A DNA stretch of 64,000 nucleotides from assembly GCA_951406725.2 (NCBI GenBank), contig OX597831.1, positions 69,812,001 to 69,876,000 of the forward strand. The letters run 5' to 3'. How positions within the stretch are numbered: position 1 is the stretch's first letter; each line of letters opens with the position of its first letter. Below, piece by piece: positions 14,440 through 26,299 of the stretch. The stretch is from Octopus vulgaris (lineage: Eukaryota). The position numbers and the translations under genes were made by a program. The notes beneath the pieces were generated by a model. It saw only the letters and a list, made by a program, of their open reading frames with translations, did no database searches and was not told the DNA's origin.

Positions 14440-15054
14440 ATTTACTTCGGACACCGTGGATAATGGTGACCTTCACAGAAGCTATGAGATTGCGAGGATG
14501 TCAATTAGTCCCCCTTTCAGCGATACTCAGAGGGTAGCAGTCTGTGGGATTTAAATCTGGTGAGTTTGAACACGACAAATTTGGTGTTACACGATCCTAG
14601 GGTGTCTGAAATTCCTTCTTTGGATATGTGGGTTTGGTGGAAAGATGCCGACTCTCAATGAAACACTTATGACCTTCCATTGCATACTTCATACATCCAG
14701 GGCTTAACAACTAACTCCAGCACTTCAATGTAACCAGAAACAGTAATAATACTGAGACACTTTGGAGAGATGTGACGTGGCATGACATGATCTTCATCAC
14801 TTACCACTCTTGCAACCATTACAGTTGCTGGAAACTTAGCCTTAGCTGGGGGGCATCAGAAGGATCTGCACAAAATGATTTTGCAGCATTTAGAAAGCTG
14901 GCAATTTCTAAATTGCTGTGTTCTGCAACAATGTCTGCATGACTTCTCATTTTTTGTGTTAGCACAGCATCTTCCACATGGGATAGAAATAAAATCCTTT
15001 TAATTGGTTCAAAATACTGATCATTAAGTGCCTTCAAATACTTCTCACATCCTG
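14440..15054 (-). mobile_element. Decayed maT-like Tc1-mariner
   Basis: TA-caggatgtgagaag terminus; N-terminal HSNLEIASFL and SPDLNP-like DNA, similar to 50235-51380. Confidence 0.65.
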
Positions 15055-15088
15055 TATATATTTGTATATGCAATGGTGATATTCTAAG

Positions 15089-15500
15089 AGGTGCAGGAGT
15101 GGCTGTGTGGTAAGTAGCTTGCTAACCAGCCACATGGTTCCGGGTTCAGTCCCACTGCGTGGCATCTTGGGCAAGTGTCTTCTGCTATAGCCCCGGGCTG
15201 ACCAATGCCTTGTGAGTGGATTTGGTAGACGGAAACTGAAAAAAGCCTGTCGTATATATGTATATATATATATATGTATGTGTGTATTTGTGTGCCTGTG
15301 TTTGTCCCCCTAGCATTGCTTGACAACCGATGCTGGTGTGTTTATGTCCCCGTCACTTAGCGGTTCGGCAAAAGAGACCGATAGAATAAGTACTAGGCTT
15401 ACAAAGAATAAGTCCCGGGGTTGATTTGATCGACTAAAGGCGGTGCTCCAGCATGGCCACAGTCAAATGACTGAAACAAGTAAAAGAGTAAAGAGTAGAG
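15089..15500 (+). mobile_element. SINE family A
   Basis: Full-length match to the other copies. Confidence 0.92.
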
Positions 15501-15873
15501 TATACCTATATTTTATTTTAGTATTATTTTATATAATTATTGAAATTGATAAAATGTATTTTATTTAGCTTATATACCGTTATTTTCTCCCAGCTTAATT
15601 GGCAGATTTTCAAAATTTGTTCAACACATGACTTTCCGATGGTAAATTAATAGAAACTTTTAGAAAAAAAATTTTTTTTTTCTTATATAAAGAGAAAATT
15701 TACAATATATTAATTAGATTTAAGTGCAATGCATAAAACTCATTTATGAAGCTTTACAGCTAAATAAGTGAAAAGTATACATGCTCTACTTTTGAATATT
15801 AAGTTCTATTGGTGTATGTAACACCAACATTTACATATATATATATATATACGTGTATATAAATATATACGTG

Positions 15874-15906
<33 letters not shown>

Positions 15907-16218
15907 ATACACACACACACACTCACACATATATTGCATGTTATTGCTTACATGTTTCTTAATGCATCACGAAAAATATTAGTGTCTTTCTGATTAAAAA
16001 AATGCTAATGTAATTAATAATAATAATGATATTGTTATTAGCTCTAGCAGTAGTAGTAGTAGCAGCGAACTGTTAGTGAAGTAGTTATCTATACATCTGT
16101 GTCATCCCCATATTCAGCAGTAATATGGTCATCAATATTCTGTTGTCTTATATTTAATTACAATTATTTGTCAAAAAATATATATATAAAAAAAAACGAG
16201 ACATTTCCATCATTCTAG

Positions 16219-16314
16219 AAAGTGGTTCTAAGAGATTGGCATCGGACATCTGATCTTGCACTCAGCTTCAGATATCCCCCATCAACACCTCTGACATCAT
16301 CATCTTTGCAATGA
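16219..16314 (+). other. Possible terminal exon (KVVLRDWHRTSDLALSFRYPPSTPLTSSSLQ* in phase 0, or ESGSKRLASDI* in phase 1)
   Basis: ttccatcattctAG acceptor followed by non-repeat sequence of balanced composition; no homology recognised. Confidence 0.2.
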
Positions 16315-18235
16315 CTATCAACCAACACCACTATCAATACTGACATCAACATCACCCCCACCCCACCCCACCCCACCACCACCACCACTAAGGTCAAGGA
16401 CACCTGAAGTACTCAGTCATAAACATCACTCAATTAATTCTGTAGGAGTTATGGCAAATTAAAAATATAATGCTAAGTCACCTTTTAAAGTCTACCAACT
16501 CTTGCCATTTGATATCAAATTGTTTGTGGTAGAATTAGTGTGAATGATGTTTGGAATTATTGGCTTTCTGTCATATTGGAAGTCATAGGTTCTAATTAAA
16601 TTAATTCTGATTTAATTAAATGTCATTGTATGCAACTATCAGAAAGAGCAGGCAAAATTAAATGCTTCAGGTAAAGAACAAACACAATAATTTGCTTCTT
16701 TGAGCCAAATGTAGGAGCCCCTATATAGATGCTAAACCTACAAAAACTTACAAAATTAGGAACAGTAGACAAATTTCCTTTAATCACCTCTCTGCCATCT
16801 TGAACTGAAAAAGAACATGACGGACATTGTATTTCTGCATAAATGGAAAGATGATAGTATCACTGCGACTAGAATGTTTACCATGGGTCTGCTTAAGAAC
16901 CATAATTTGGGTTATTATGATGGTTGTGTTACCTCCAACACCACAGCAGAAGAAAAGAATGTGATGCCTGGATGTTGTAGTTGCATGAAAATATCATGTT
17001 ACTTCAGTATCAATATTTCTTTTAAATGCAATAAACACAATAATACAAAGTGCAACAAGTCTAGGTATTTGATATTAGATATAGGATATTTATGTGGAGC
17101 TTGTGACAATAATCTAACCAATGAATATATATTAATAATTCCATATCAGAAGATTTGAAATTTACAGCACTTTATAATTCACTTCCATCCCATATATAAT
17201 TCATAGGAATAAAACTAATATTATCTTCTTACATATTAACTCTCTATATTTTAATACAACAGGCAGTCAGCTGGCATATATAGATGTAGATCATTTGACT
17301 AAAATCCCTCTAGTTTTCATATATACCTGTCAGCCTTCCTGCCTGTCTATCCACCCATCTGTCTGTCTATATATGTATATATATGTATCAAAGTTTGTAT
17401 ATATTAGTCAATGAAATACCAACATAGTCTGAGTTTCAAGTCTTTGCTTAGTTTTTCATACCAGTTTAAGTCAAAAAAGCCTGTTCAAAGAGTTTATCTA
17501 CTTGAATCTATGAATTGTTCTAAGTGACCTTTTCTTAATCAACTCTTATGTTATTCAGAGGCATAGAACACACAGAATTACATTGGTTCTGCTTAAAATG
17601 ATGTTTCTAATAAAATGTTGGTTGTAGTAGTAATGTTCTGGTTCTCCAATTTTCAAGGATATGGCTTCGATATTAAATCGATGTTAATAAAGTTGCTTGA
17701 AACCATAAAATTGACTGCTACGCCTGTCATCTAAGCACAACCATTTCTAATAAAAGATAACAAATGAGTAAGAATTTTACAGTGAGCCATAAAGTTCTCG
17801 TTGAAAGCTTACTAATCTAGATTAGGTGTAAGGGTTACCTCTGGGATAGATAGCACCATGCTTTCTAACTTGGTTTTCCTCTTAGAGTTGTCTATTTTAT
17901 GAGCATGATATGTAAGCCTGAAAGCAAAGATTATAAAGTTTATCCCTAGAAATTCCCGTTTTATTAATGCAAACCCTACTGAGAACCACTTCCTACTGAA
18001 ATATTAATCCAGGGGTAAATTCAATTCTCAATGTTCTCTGGCATCTTACTTTATTTACTATAGTCTATGTGACATGACTCAACTGCATTTATCATCTAAC
18101 GAAACATAAAGACAAATTGGATTTTTTGAGATTGCACATATATGTATGGATACACTGATGGAAAGTTGGTTGCAAGTTTGTTCGGTTGATAACCTGGTTT
18201 TATATTTTGAATTTATCACCAATAGAGAAAGAACT

Positions 18236-18693
18236 TACGTTTATATATTTGTTGTGCAAGATTTTTTATGTGAAATCGTGTGTTGAAACAGATATTGTTG
18301 TATTTCGGAATGGTCATTTTGCCAGTTTAACCATTAAAAACACACGCACTATATATTTGGTGTTACTTTGCTTCAGTGTTATTTATTTTTTACATTAAAC
18401 TTAATCTTATTTCGGCCAGAGTTCTTTTGTCACACTCCTGTGACTGCATCAGTGGAAGACACATACAATAGAAATACAAAATGGCTGATGGTTAGTAAGG
18501 AGAGACACACAAATAAGAAAGAAGAAAACAAAGGACCACTGATGCGGTTACAGGAGTGTGACGAAAGAACTCTGGCCAAAATAAGATTAAGTTTAATGTA
18601 AAAAATAAATAACGCTGAAGCAAAGTAACACCAAATATATAGTGCATGTGTTTTTATTGGCTAAACTGGCAAAATGACCATTCCGAAATACAA
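18236..18693. mobile_element. Palindromic non-autonomous pLTR-type element with two outward-facing HHR motifs and a 16-bp direct flank
   Basis: Arms ~18290-18455 and ~18536-18697. CAATAGAGAAAGAACT is duplicated at 18220-18235 and 18694-18709. HHR CCA-CTGATGC-G-GTTACA-GGAG-TGTGAC-GAAA-GAAC-TC-TGG at 18536-18575. Confidence 0.8.
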
Positions 18694-20297
18694 CAATAGA
18701 GAAAGAACTGGTTTCTAAATTAGAAACAAGTCTCTTTCATTGAAATTTATGTAAGATCAATAGGGTAGTTATGCATATATGCATATAAGCCAGTAACACA
18801 CACACACACACACACACATCTGTATACACACACAAGTGTGCAGGTATTGATGTAATTGCATGTATGAATCTGTTATCTTTTGAACTGACTACATCTGAAC
18901 GGACTATGCAGGCACAAACATTTTGCATGTCTATCTGTTTGTATATGTACTTATTACATGAAAATCTAGAATGTTTTACATACTTTAACAATGCTTTTGG
19001 CAGCTTGTAAAAGTAATCCCTTGACTACACACATTCTTTCTCTAATTGTGAAACTCAACTGCTTGATATTGGTATTGAAGTATTTAAATTTTCCAATAAT
19101 TATAAGCAGAAATCTTAAACTCTAGCTTGAATAGGGTAACTGCAGATTTTCCCTTCATTCAGCACAGCTTTTCACTAATTTCTAACATTATGTTCACACT
19201 TAGTGGGCAACTGATTTCAAGTATTGTACTTAACTTCTCTTTATCTGGTTTGTTATACTTGCATTTGTTTGAAATCTTGACAAGAACAATTCACCAGTGT
19301 TCTTTCATATTAAGTATGATTATGACATCAATCTCTCTGCTTATGTTTGTATCCCCAAGATCAACCTTTCTATGGGTTTTGTTCTATGCATTCATGATAA
19401 TTTTCATGCAAAACAAATTGAGTTAAAATTCAATAGGAAAAGAAAGGAAAATATTTCAAAGTAAATTGTTATTAAACTTTACAGAAATACTTGAGTTAAT
19501 TTATCAATCCTTATCGCATGTTGTAAGGGAAACTAAAACTTGAAAGCAGTTTGTGCTGAAGATTTATAAAAAAAGAAAAATCATATAATTTTACATTAAT
19601 TGAAAAAGAATCTTGGTTAGAAAAATAGTTATCTTGAAATGTATATTTCACTGATAGATTTCGTCATGGGAAACAAGAAAACAATTTTCTAAAAATTAAA
19701 ACGTAAAACTTCAATGTTAACTGAAGATTAAAATAAAATAAAAATAAAACAGGACTTTGAACTAAGGAACATATGATATTTTGAGATAGCAGAAGGTCCT
19801 TTGCTGAAGTAAAATTCAATAGAATAATAGCAAAAGAAATAAAAAAAAAACATCATCATCGATATAATTGAAATTATAACTAAAACAAGGAATGTTCAGA
19901 TTTAGGTCTTCTAATCAATTATTTTCAAACATTTTACTTTTCCCATTTGTTTTGTTTCATTTTATATTTAATTTTTAATTTATCAGTTTATTTTTGTATA
20001 TCTTAACTTTTATTTTTTCTCTTCAATGTATTTAATATTTTTGTATATATCATTATTCCATTAGTTTATTTCTGTATCTATATAGATGATATTGTGAAGC
20101 ATTTCCAGTCAGTTTGTTTCATTCAAAATATCCTGTTTCATTTTAATTTTAGCTTTAATTTACGTGCACAGTTTTGAAGGAGGAGGAAGAAAAAAATTAG
20201 AACTTGTCAAACTTCAAAGTGTATTCCAGTAACAATATTTCTCCATTCGAAGAGAAATTATTTGCTTTGTTGTTCCTAATATAATCTATTTTATTTG

Positions 20298-20319
20298 TTT
20301 ATTATTATTATTATTATTA

Positions 20320-20378
<59 letters not shown>
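20298..20378. repeat. (ATT)n microsatellite
   Basis: Directly visible; others at 22570-22630 and 57052-57167. Confidence 0.95.
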
Positions 20379-21129
20379 GCAATTGCATTGTACACTTGCT
20401 AATTTCAGACATCCAACATGTACGTTACATTATCAATTATTATTATCATTATATTCAGTTGTCTTATTATTATCATATGCTTCCACTGCTTTACAGATCA
20501 CACCTCTATGCACCTTGAAAATGGGCAGTGTTTTGTTATAGACCTTAATTTTCTGTTGCATCGGCAGTATTCTAAGAAATATGTGTTCAGCGCCTTGTAT
20601 GAACACTATGCCTATTTATAAGTCCTAGAGTTTGAACTGTGTATTTGTCTGCCAGTTTGTAATCATTCCTAAAACACCTATAATTGTTTCTATCTTCAAT
20701 TACCTAATTATACTTATCTTTGTTTCAAGATAATTTTGTCTGAATAATTTCTCCATTCCTTTTGAGATTTATTATTGTAATTTAGAACTGATAACTGGAT
20801 TAAGAGGAACTTACTTTTCCAGTGATTGTTCCAAATAATTATTGCTGTATTTCATTGCTTTAGACATACTTTAAGAGTTTGCTTTCTTGGAACAAGCGTT
20901 ACATACGTCTTGGTGACCATGCATAGACATATTCAACTTAACAAGGATATTTGTGGTTAACAAGAATGTTTAAGGTTAACAAATGCTGTCTAAACAAATA
21001 CTCTAACACAGATAAGAAATCCCATCTTAACTAATTTAAATTTAATCCTTAGAAGTAATTTGTCGGTGTGTATATGTGTATATACATATATATGTATATG
21101 TGTATATACATATATATACATACACATAT

Positions 21130-21345
21130 ATAGAAAGATTGAATATAAAATAAAACATATAACAATGATTAAGTAATGTGCAAAATAATAAATAAAACGT
21201 ATTTATTTGGTAGAATAATGACACATGTTTCGTGGCTATATTTAAGAAATGATAATAGTAAAAATAATAGTAGTAGTAGTAAAATCACGTCAATATAAAT
21301 ATAGTCATTCTGCAGTGACTATATTTATATATAGTCACTGAAGTC
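21130..21345 (-). mobile_element. pLTR relic with degenerate long-stem-II HHR
   Basis: Minus strand CTGCAGA-A-TGACTATATTTA...TAAATATAGCCA-C-GAAA-CATGTGTC; stem I is poor. Confidence 0.4.
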
Positions 21346-21546
21346 TTTTTATATATAATATAAATATACAAAATATAGGGTGTAACTTATCTAAATGGTA
21401 TAATTTAATTTTTCATTATTGAATTGATAAAAGGTGTTTTTTCTAATTTATATATATATAATATTTTGTAAAATTTGATTTAGTATTTCTAAATTGAAAT
21501 TTTCCCTGTAAGTTTGGAACAATATTCCCTCATATTATTATTATCA

Positions 21547-21585
<39 letters not shown>

Positions 21586-21704
21586 GTGTGTGTATATGTA
21601 TGTATATACATATATATACATATATATATATATATATATGCATATCTATATATGTATATGCACACACACACACATATACATATATATATATATATATATA
21701 TGCA

Positions 21705-21975
21705 TATATGGGTACAGGATGTCGCAAACCATAAACAACATGAAACCTGAAAACAAAAGAGTATAAACAAAATACATAAACAATGAGAGATATAAATGGA
21801 AAACAGGACAAGTAACATAAAGAACGACCTTCCATCAGTTGTCAGCTGTCCATCTACTCCTCATTTCGAGCATGGATAGCCGACAACTAATGAAGGGTCA
21901 TTCTTTATGTTACTTGTCCTGTTTTCCATTTGTTTCTCTCGTTTATGGTTTGTGACGTCCTGTACCCAAACATGC
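21705..21975. repeat. Fold-back inverted repeat between (TA)n tracts, pLTR-like
   Basis: gggtacaggatgtcgcaaaccataaac...gacaagtaacataaagaa is mirrored by ttctttatgttacttgtc...gtttatggtttgtgacgtcctgtaccc. Confidence 0.8.
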
Positions 21976-22109
21976 ATGTATATATGTGTATAGATATATA
22001 TACATATATTCGTAGATATGTATATATATATAGGTATATATATATATATGTGTATACATATATATACATATATATGTATATATAGGTATATATATATGTA
22101 TATGTTTAT

Positions 22110-22320
22110 ACATGTGACTGTGTGCGTACCGTTGGTGATTTTTTCCTCCATCTTCCCTTCCTTGGATCTTTCCTTTTCCTATGTTTCTGACGAAGAGCTC
22201 CGCTCGAAACGTTAAATCCTCCTTCTTTCTTTCCTTTCCTGAGTGTCCAACAATACTATACTTGTTCCACATCCTTGCGTTCTGTTTTCTCTTTGTGTTT
22301 TGATGAGTGGATTAACTGTA
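22110..22320 (+). mobile_element. Solo pLTR with minimal hammerhead (22183-22217)
   Basis: GTTT-CTGACGA-A-GAGC-TCC-GCTC-GAAA-CGTT-AAAT; flanked by TA-rich microsatellite on both sides. Confidence 0.8.
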
Positions 22321-22324
22321 TATG

Positions 22325-22390
<66 letters not shown>

Positions 22391-22567
22391 CACACACAAA
22401 CACATGCATGTATGGTACTTTTAAAAAGCTTATGCAGCCTTCCATATCCTATATATCTCTCAACCCTCCCTTTCACACTTTTCTTTTTCCTTCTTTTGTA
22501 ATTCCTAATGACAATTTCATACTTTTTGTATCTCTTCAAGTCTAATAAGGAAAAATTTACTGTTGCT

Positions 22568-22631
<64 letters not shown>

Positions 22632-23799
22632 GCAACAGCAGAAGTATTTGCAACTCAGCAGAGTTTTCAGTTGTCTTTAGTAGTTTGTAAATATCACAAT
22701 TATACTTTCCATCTCATTTTCTTGAAATTTTGAAGAAAGGCCAAAAAATTTATTAGCTAAATTCAGCTGAGTAAACACACTTATACTCACAAACATGTAC
22801 ACACAAACACACACACACGTGCACAAACACGCACACACATCTGCATTCTCATAAAACATAAGCATCTATATATATACATGTACACACACATTAATGCACA
22901 AAACCTCAGGCAAGATTTAATGGGGCTGCTATTTTATAAACTTTAAAACAAAATGTTATGTGTATGCAACATTATTTGGACTAAAAAGAAAATTAGGAAA
23001 AAATTATTCTGCAAAATCACTGCAGGGCATGGTGAATTTACATGTTACAAAAACACACAAATGCATCCATATGCATATACAGAATAAGTTTGGAAAATGT
23101 TGAATGCAAAGTGTATAATAATAACAACAACAATAATAATAATGATAATAATAATCTTTTGTTTCATGGGCACAAGGGCTTGAAGAGGAAAAATACAAAA
23201 CTTTTATTTCGGTTACAAACAAAGAAAGTAAGAAGACATGGAGTGAGAAAAACATGTATGTAAATATGGAACGGAGAGCCTGTAAACATTATATAACATG
23301 TGGAAAGCCACATTAAGATTTTAAAAGGACATATGGTTTCCCATGGTACCAAAGATAATATAGGTTATATGTCTAACACTAGCCTTGCTAAGAGGAAAGA
23401 AAACACTATATTAATATATGATTCACACTTTCAGTTTCTCTTTATGTTAAGACTTGTGAGGTAGAATCATCATTAGATTAATAGAAGAAAATTTTTCACA
23501 GGCATACAAGAAAAATAGAAGACAGTACAACTATCTAACATCAATAGAAAGCTACAACTTGTTTGCAGAGATAACATCACAGACAAGAGCAATGTGCACA
23601 AATGGATGTATAAGTTTCAAGATGATTAAACCATACAATGGGACAGCAGTGGTTTCAGCCACTGAAAAGAAAATTAATTCACACAGATGAATGAGTTACA
23701 ATCCATGAACTTGTTGTATAATTCTGGTCACAATGAATTTCTACAAAAGGTGATGAAGATTTTGGGTATTGGAAACAGGACACTACATACATACATACC

Positions 23800-23834
<35 letters not shown>

Positions 23835-23838
<4 letters not shown>

Positions 23839-24790
23839 AAAGAAGAGTGAAAAAACTACAGAAGGCTTGTGTTATATGGTTAAAGAATATATTTAAGTTG
23901 ATATATTAGAAAAATGTTATAAAATTTTGAGGATAGTAACATAGTTTTTGGAGAAATAACCGGTTCTGTATTTTCTTTTCAAATTTCTTTACCTACATCG
24001 TGTCATGTCTCCGCTATGTTGTGAAATGTGGAGTTCCAGGCAGGGGAAGGTAATCAGGGATTTTTCCGGTATAAGGGAGTTAATCAAGCATGTTGGGAAT
24101 GACTAATTAAACATGATTGAGTTTAGAAGGAATAGAATGTAGTTAGGTTTTGCTTTATATTTTTTTCAATGAGGTGAGTTTCCTTATTTAAAAATGTTAG
24201 AAATGGTTAAGTTTTGGCTTATATTTTTCAATGAAGAAGGTTTCTTTGTTTAATCTAACTTGTGTTCCATTAGCTCATTGCTAGAATGGAAAGACTATAA
24301 ATTGTGGTAGTAGTTGCTTTGCGCATTTCTCAATATGCTCACTAAAGGGTATCATTCTGTATTCTGGGAATGCAATCTGTTGTCAATGCAGAGTGCATCT
24401 GCATCTGAGCGATGATCCAGGGGTCCCTATGTAGTTTTGGTGGCAGCCCGAGCATCTTATGATGTAAATTAGGTTTTCTGAAGCACAAGTGAAATTAGAT
24501 TTGATTTTGAATATTTTTCCCTCTTTGAAGAGGAATTCTGATCTTTCTAGAAGGTTTGGGCATGTTGTGCAATTTGGTCTACCACATTTTTTAACTTTTG
24601 CATCCGTTATTTCAGAAAATAATTTTGTTTTGTGATGATCTTTTTAAGTAATTTTGGTTGCTTGTTGTTTTTAATGATTTTTTGTATGTTTAAAATTTCC
24701 TTTAATTTGGGGTCCTTATGTAGCATCACCCAGAATTTGCCAATGTTGGTAAATCACTTTTAGGTCATTTGACCATATAAGAGGATTTCA
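23835..24790 (-). pseudogene. Old PLE 3' fragment (Cys linker + GIY-YIG) with UTR
   Basis: Minus strand KKCGRPNCTTCPNLL...SNFTCASENLIYIIRCSGCHQNYIG; ends at (TA)n. Confidence 0.8.
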
Positions 24791-24884
24791 ACAACATTCT
24801 GCTACTCTCATACGACTCCGGCATTTTTCTTCTCCTCCTCCTCCTCCTCCTTCTTCTTCTTCTTCTTCTTCATTTATGCATATG

Positions 24885-25255
24885 ACACTGCTACACACAC
24901 CACATACCCCCTTCTCACAGAGACACCACATCATAAATACAAACATTCCCCGCCTCAAGATAACACGTGCTTGCTTCACAACATACCTAACCAAGGGACA
25001 TAACTCCTAGTCAAGTCTCCTGGACCATTTTTTCATTTCACCACCTGTTTACAGCAGACGTCGACCAGTTGTGCTAATCCACCTCTGGCAGTGGAGAGCA
25101 CTCACCATATTCCCTTCCATGTCAGCTACCTCTGATGAGCGTATTTATATAATTATATTGTTACCTAACACTCCATTGTATTTTTTGCATGAAACCGATT
25201 GGTAAGACCAGCCATGGTGGATACTTAATACCATAAAATTTGGATAATATACCCA
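24885..25255 (+). mobile_element. PLE pLTR relic with hammerhead (25130-25207)
   Basis: CTGATGA at 25132-25138 and GAAA-CC-GATT-GG-TA at 25191-25204; homologous to 5890-6270. Confidence 0.7.
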
Positions 25256-25314
25256 CTCTACTAACAGTTATATGAGGAGTGCATCTTCTCCCTAACTTAT
25301 GGTCTCTTAGGTGA

Positions 25315-25347
<33 letters not shown>

Positions 25348-25444
25348 CGGGAAGCTTTATGAAAATAGACAAATGACGAAGGCAGGTGGAAAACAAACGA
25401 ACAATTGTATTAGTATGGCGCTCAGGAAATATAAATAAAACAAG

Positions 25445-25482
25445 TCTTTAACGTTTCGAGCCTACGCTCTTCAACAGAAAGA
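25445..25482 (-). ncRNA. Minimal type I hammerhead ribozyme (core variant CUGUUGA)
   Basis: TCTTT-CTGTTGA-A-GAGC-GTAG-GCTC-GAAA-CGTT-AAAGA; perfect 5-bp stem I and palindromic ACGT stem III. Confidence 0.8.
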
Positions 25483-25654
25483 TACACAGAGAGAAAAAAA
25501 ACACAGAAAGAAGGAGAGAAAAAAAATGCGTGCAGTAGCTAACGAATCAACATGGCGATCTGATTTCGGCCAGAGGTCAAAGATCAAACATGAGACGCGA
25601 GAGCGAAATAAGGGGAGATAATAGGGTTGATAATATGGTTGAAGGACCAGCTAA

Positions 25655-25980
25655 TAGTGCGTAGGAGGGGTCTGGACGTGTGTATGTATAGGGTTGGTGT
25701 ATGTATTAGTATGTATAAGGGTGTGTGTGTGTGTGTGTGTGTATGAGAGAGTATTAGTGCGTAGGATTGGTGTGGACGTGCGTATGTATGGGGTTGGTGT
25801 ATGTATTAGTATGTATTAGTATGTATTAGTACGTATTAGTATGTATAAGTGTGTGTGTGTGTGTGTATGAGAGAGTATAAGTGCGTATGAGGGGTCTGGA
25901 CGTGTGTATGTATAGGGTTGGTGTATGTATTAGTATGTATTAGTACGTATTAGTATGTATTAGTTGGTGTATGTATTAGT
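25655..25980. repeat. Three ~100-bp tandem units with internal (TAGTATGTAT)n in the PLE 3' UTR
   Basis: agtgcgta.ga..gggt.tggacgtg.gtatgtat.gggttggtgtatg appears three times. Confidence 0.85.
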
Positions 25981-26299
25981 ATGGCACATCATATATGATG
26001 TGATGTGTGAAGTCGTGTGGTGTAGTGAGGAGAAGAGGGGGGAGAAGGGGGGAGGAGGAGAGGGGGGAAGAGGAGAGGAGTGGGGAGAGAGAGGAGGGGG
26101 AGAAGGAAGGGGAGGAGGGGAGGAAAGAGGGAGAGGGGGAGTGAGGGAGCAGAGGGAAGGGGAAGAGGGAAGGAGGGAGGGAGAAAGAGGGAAGAAGGGA
26201 AGGGGAGTAGGGGTGAAAGGATGAAGGACTGAAGAAGTAGGGGTCGGGGGGAAAGGATAGGTGAGGAGGGGGAGAGGGGGGTTAGATGAGGAGGGGGGA

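Noticed and set aside
25655-25980. Repeat-spacer appearance (CRISPR-like)
   Set aside because: The intervening sequences are not unique, the context is a eukaryotic PLE UTR, and there are no cas genes.
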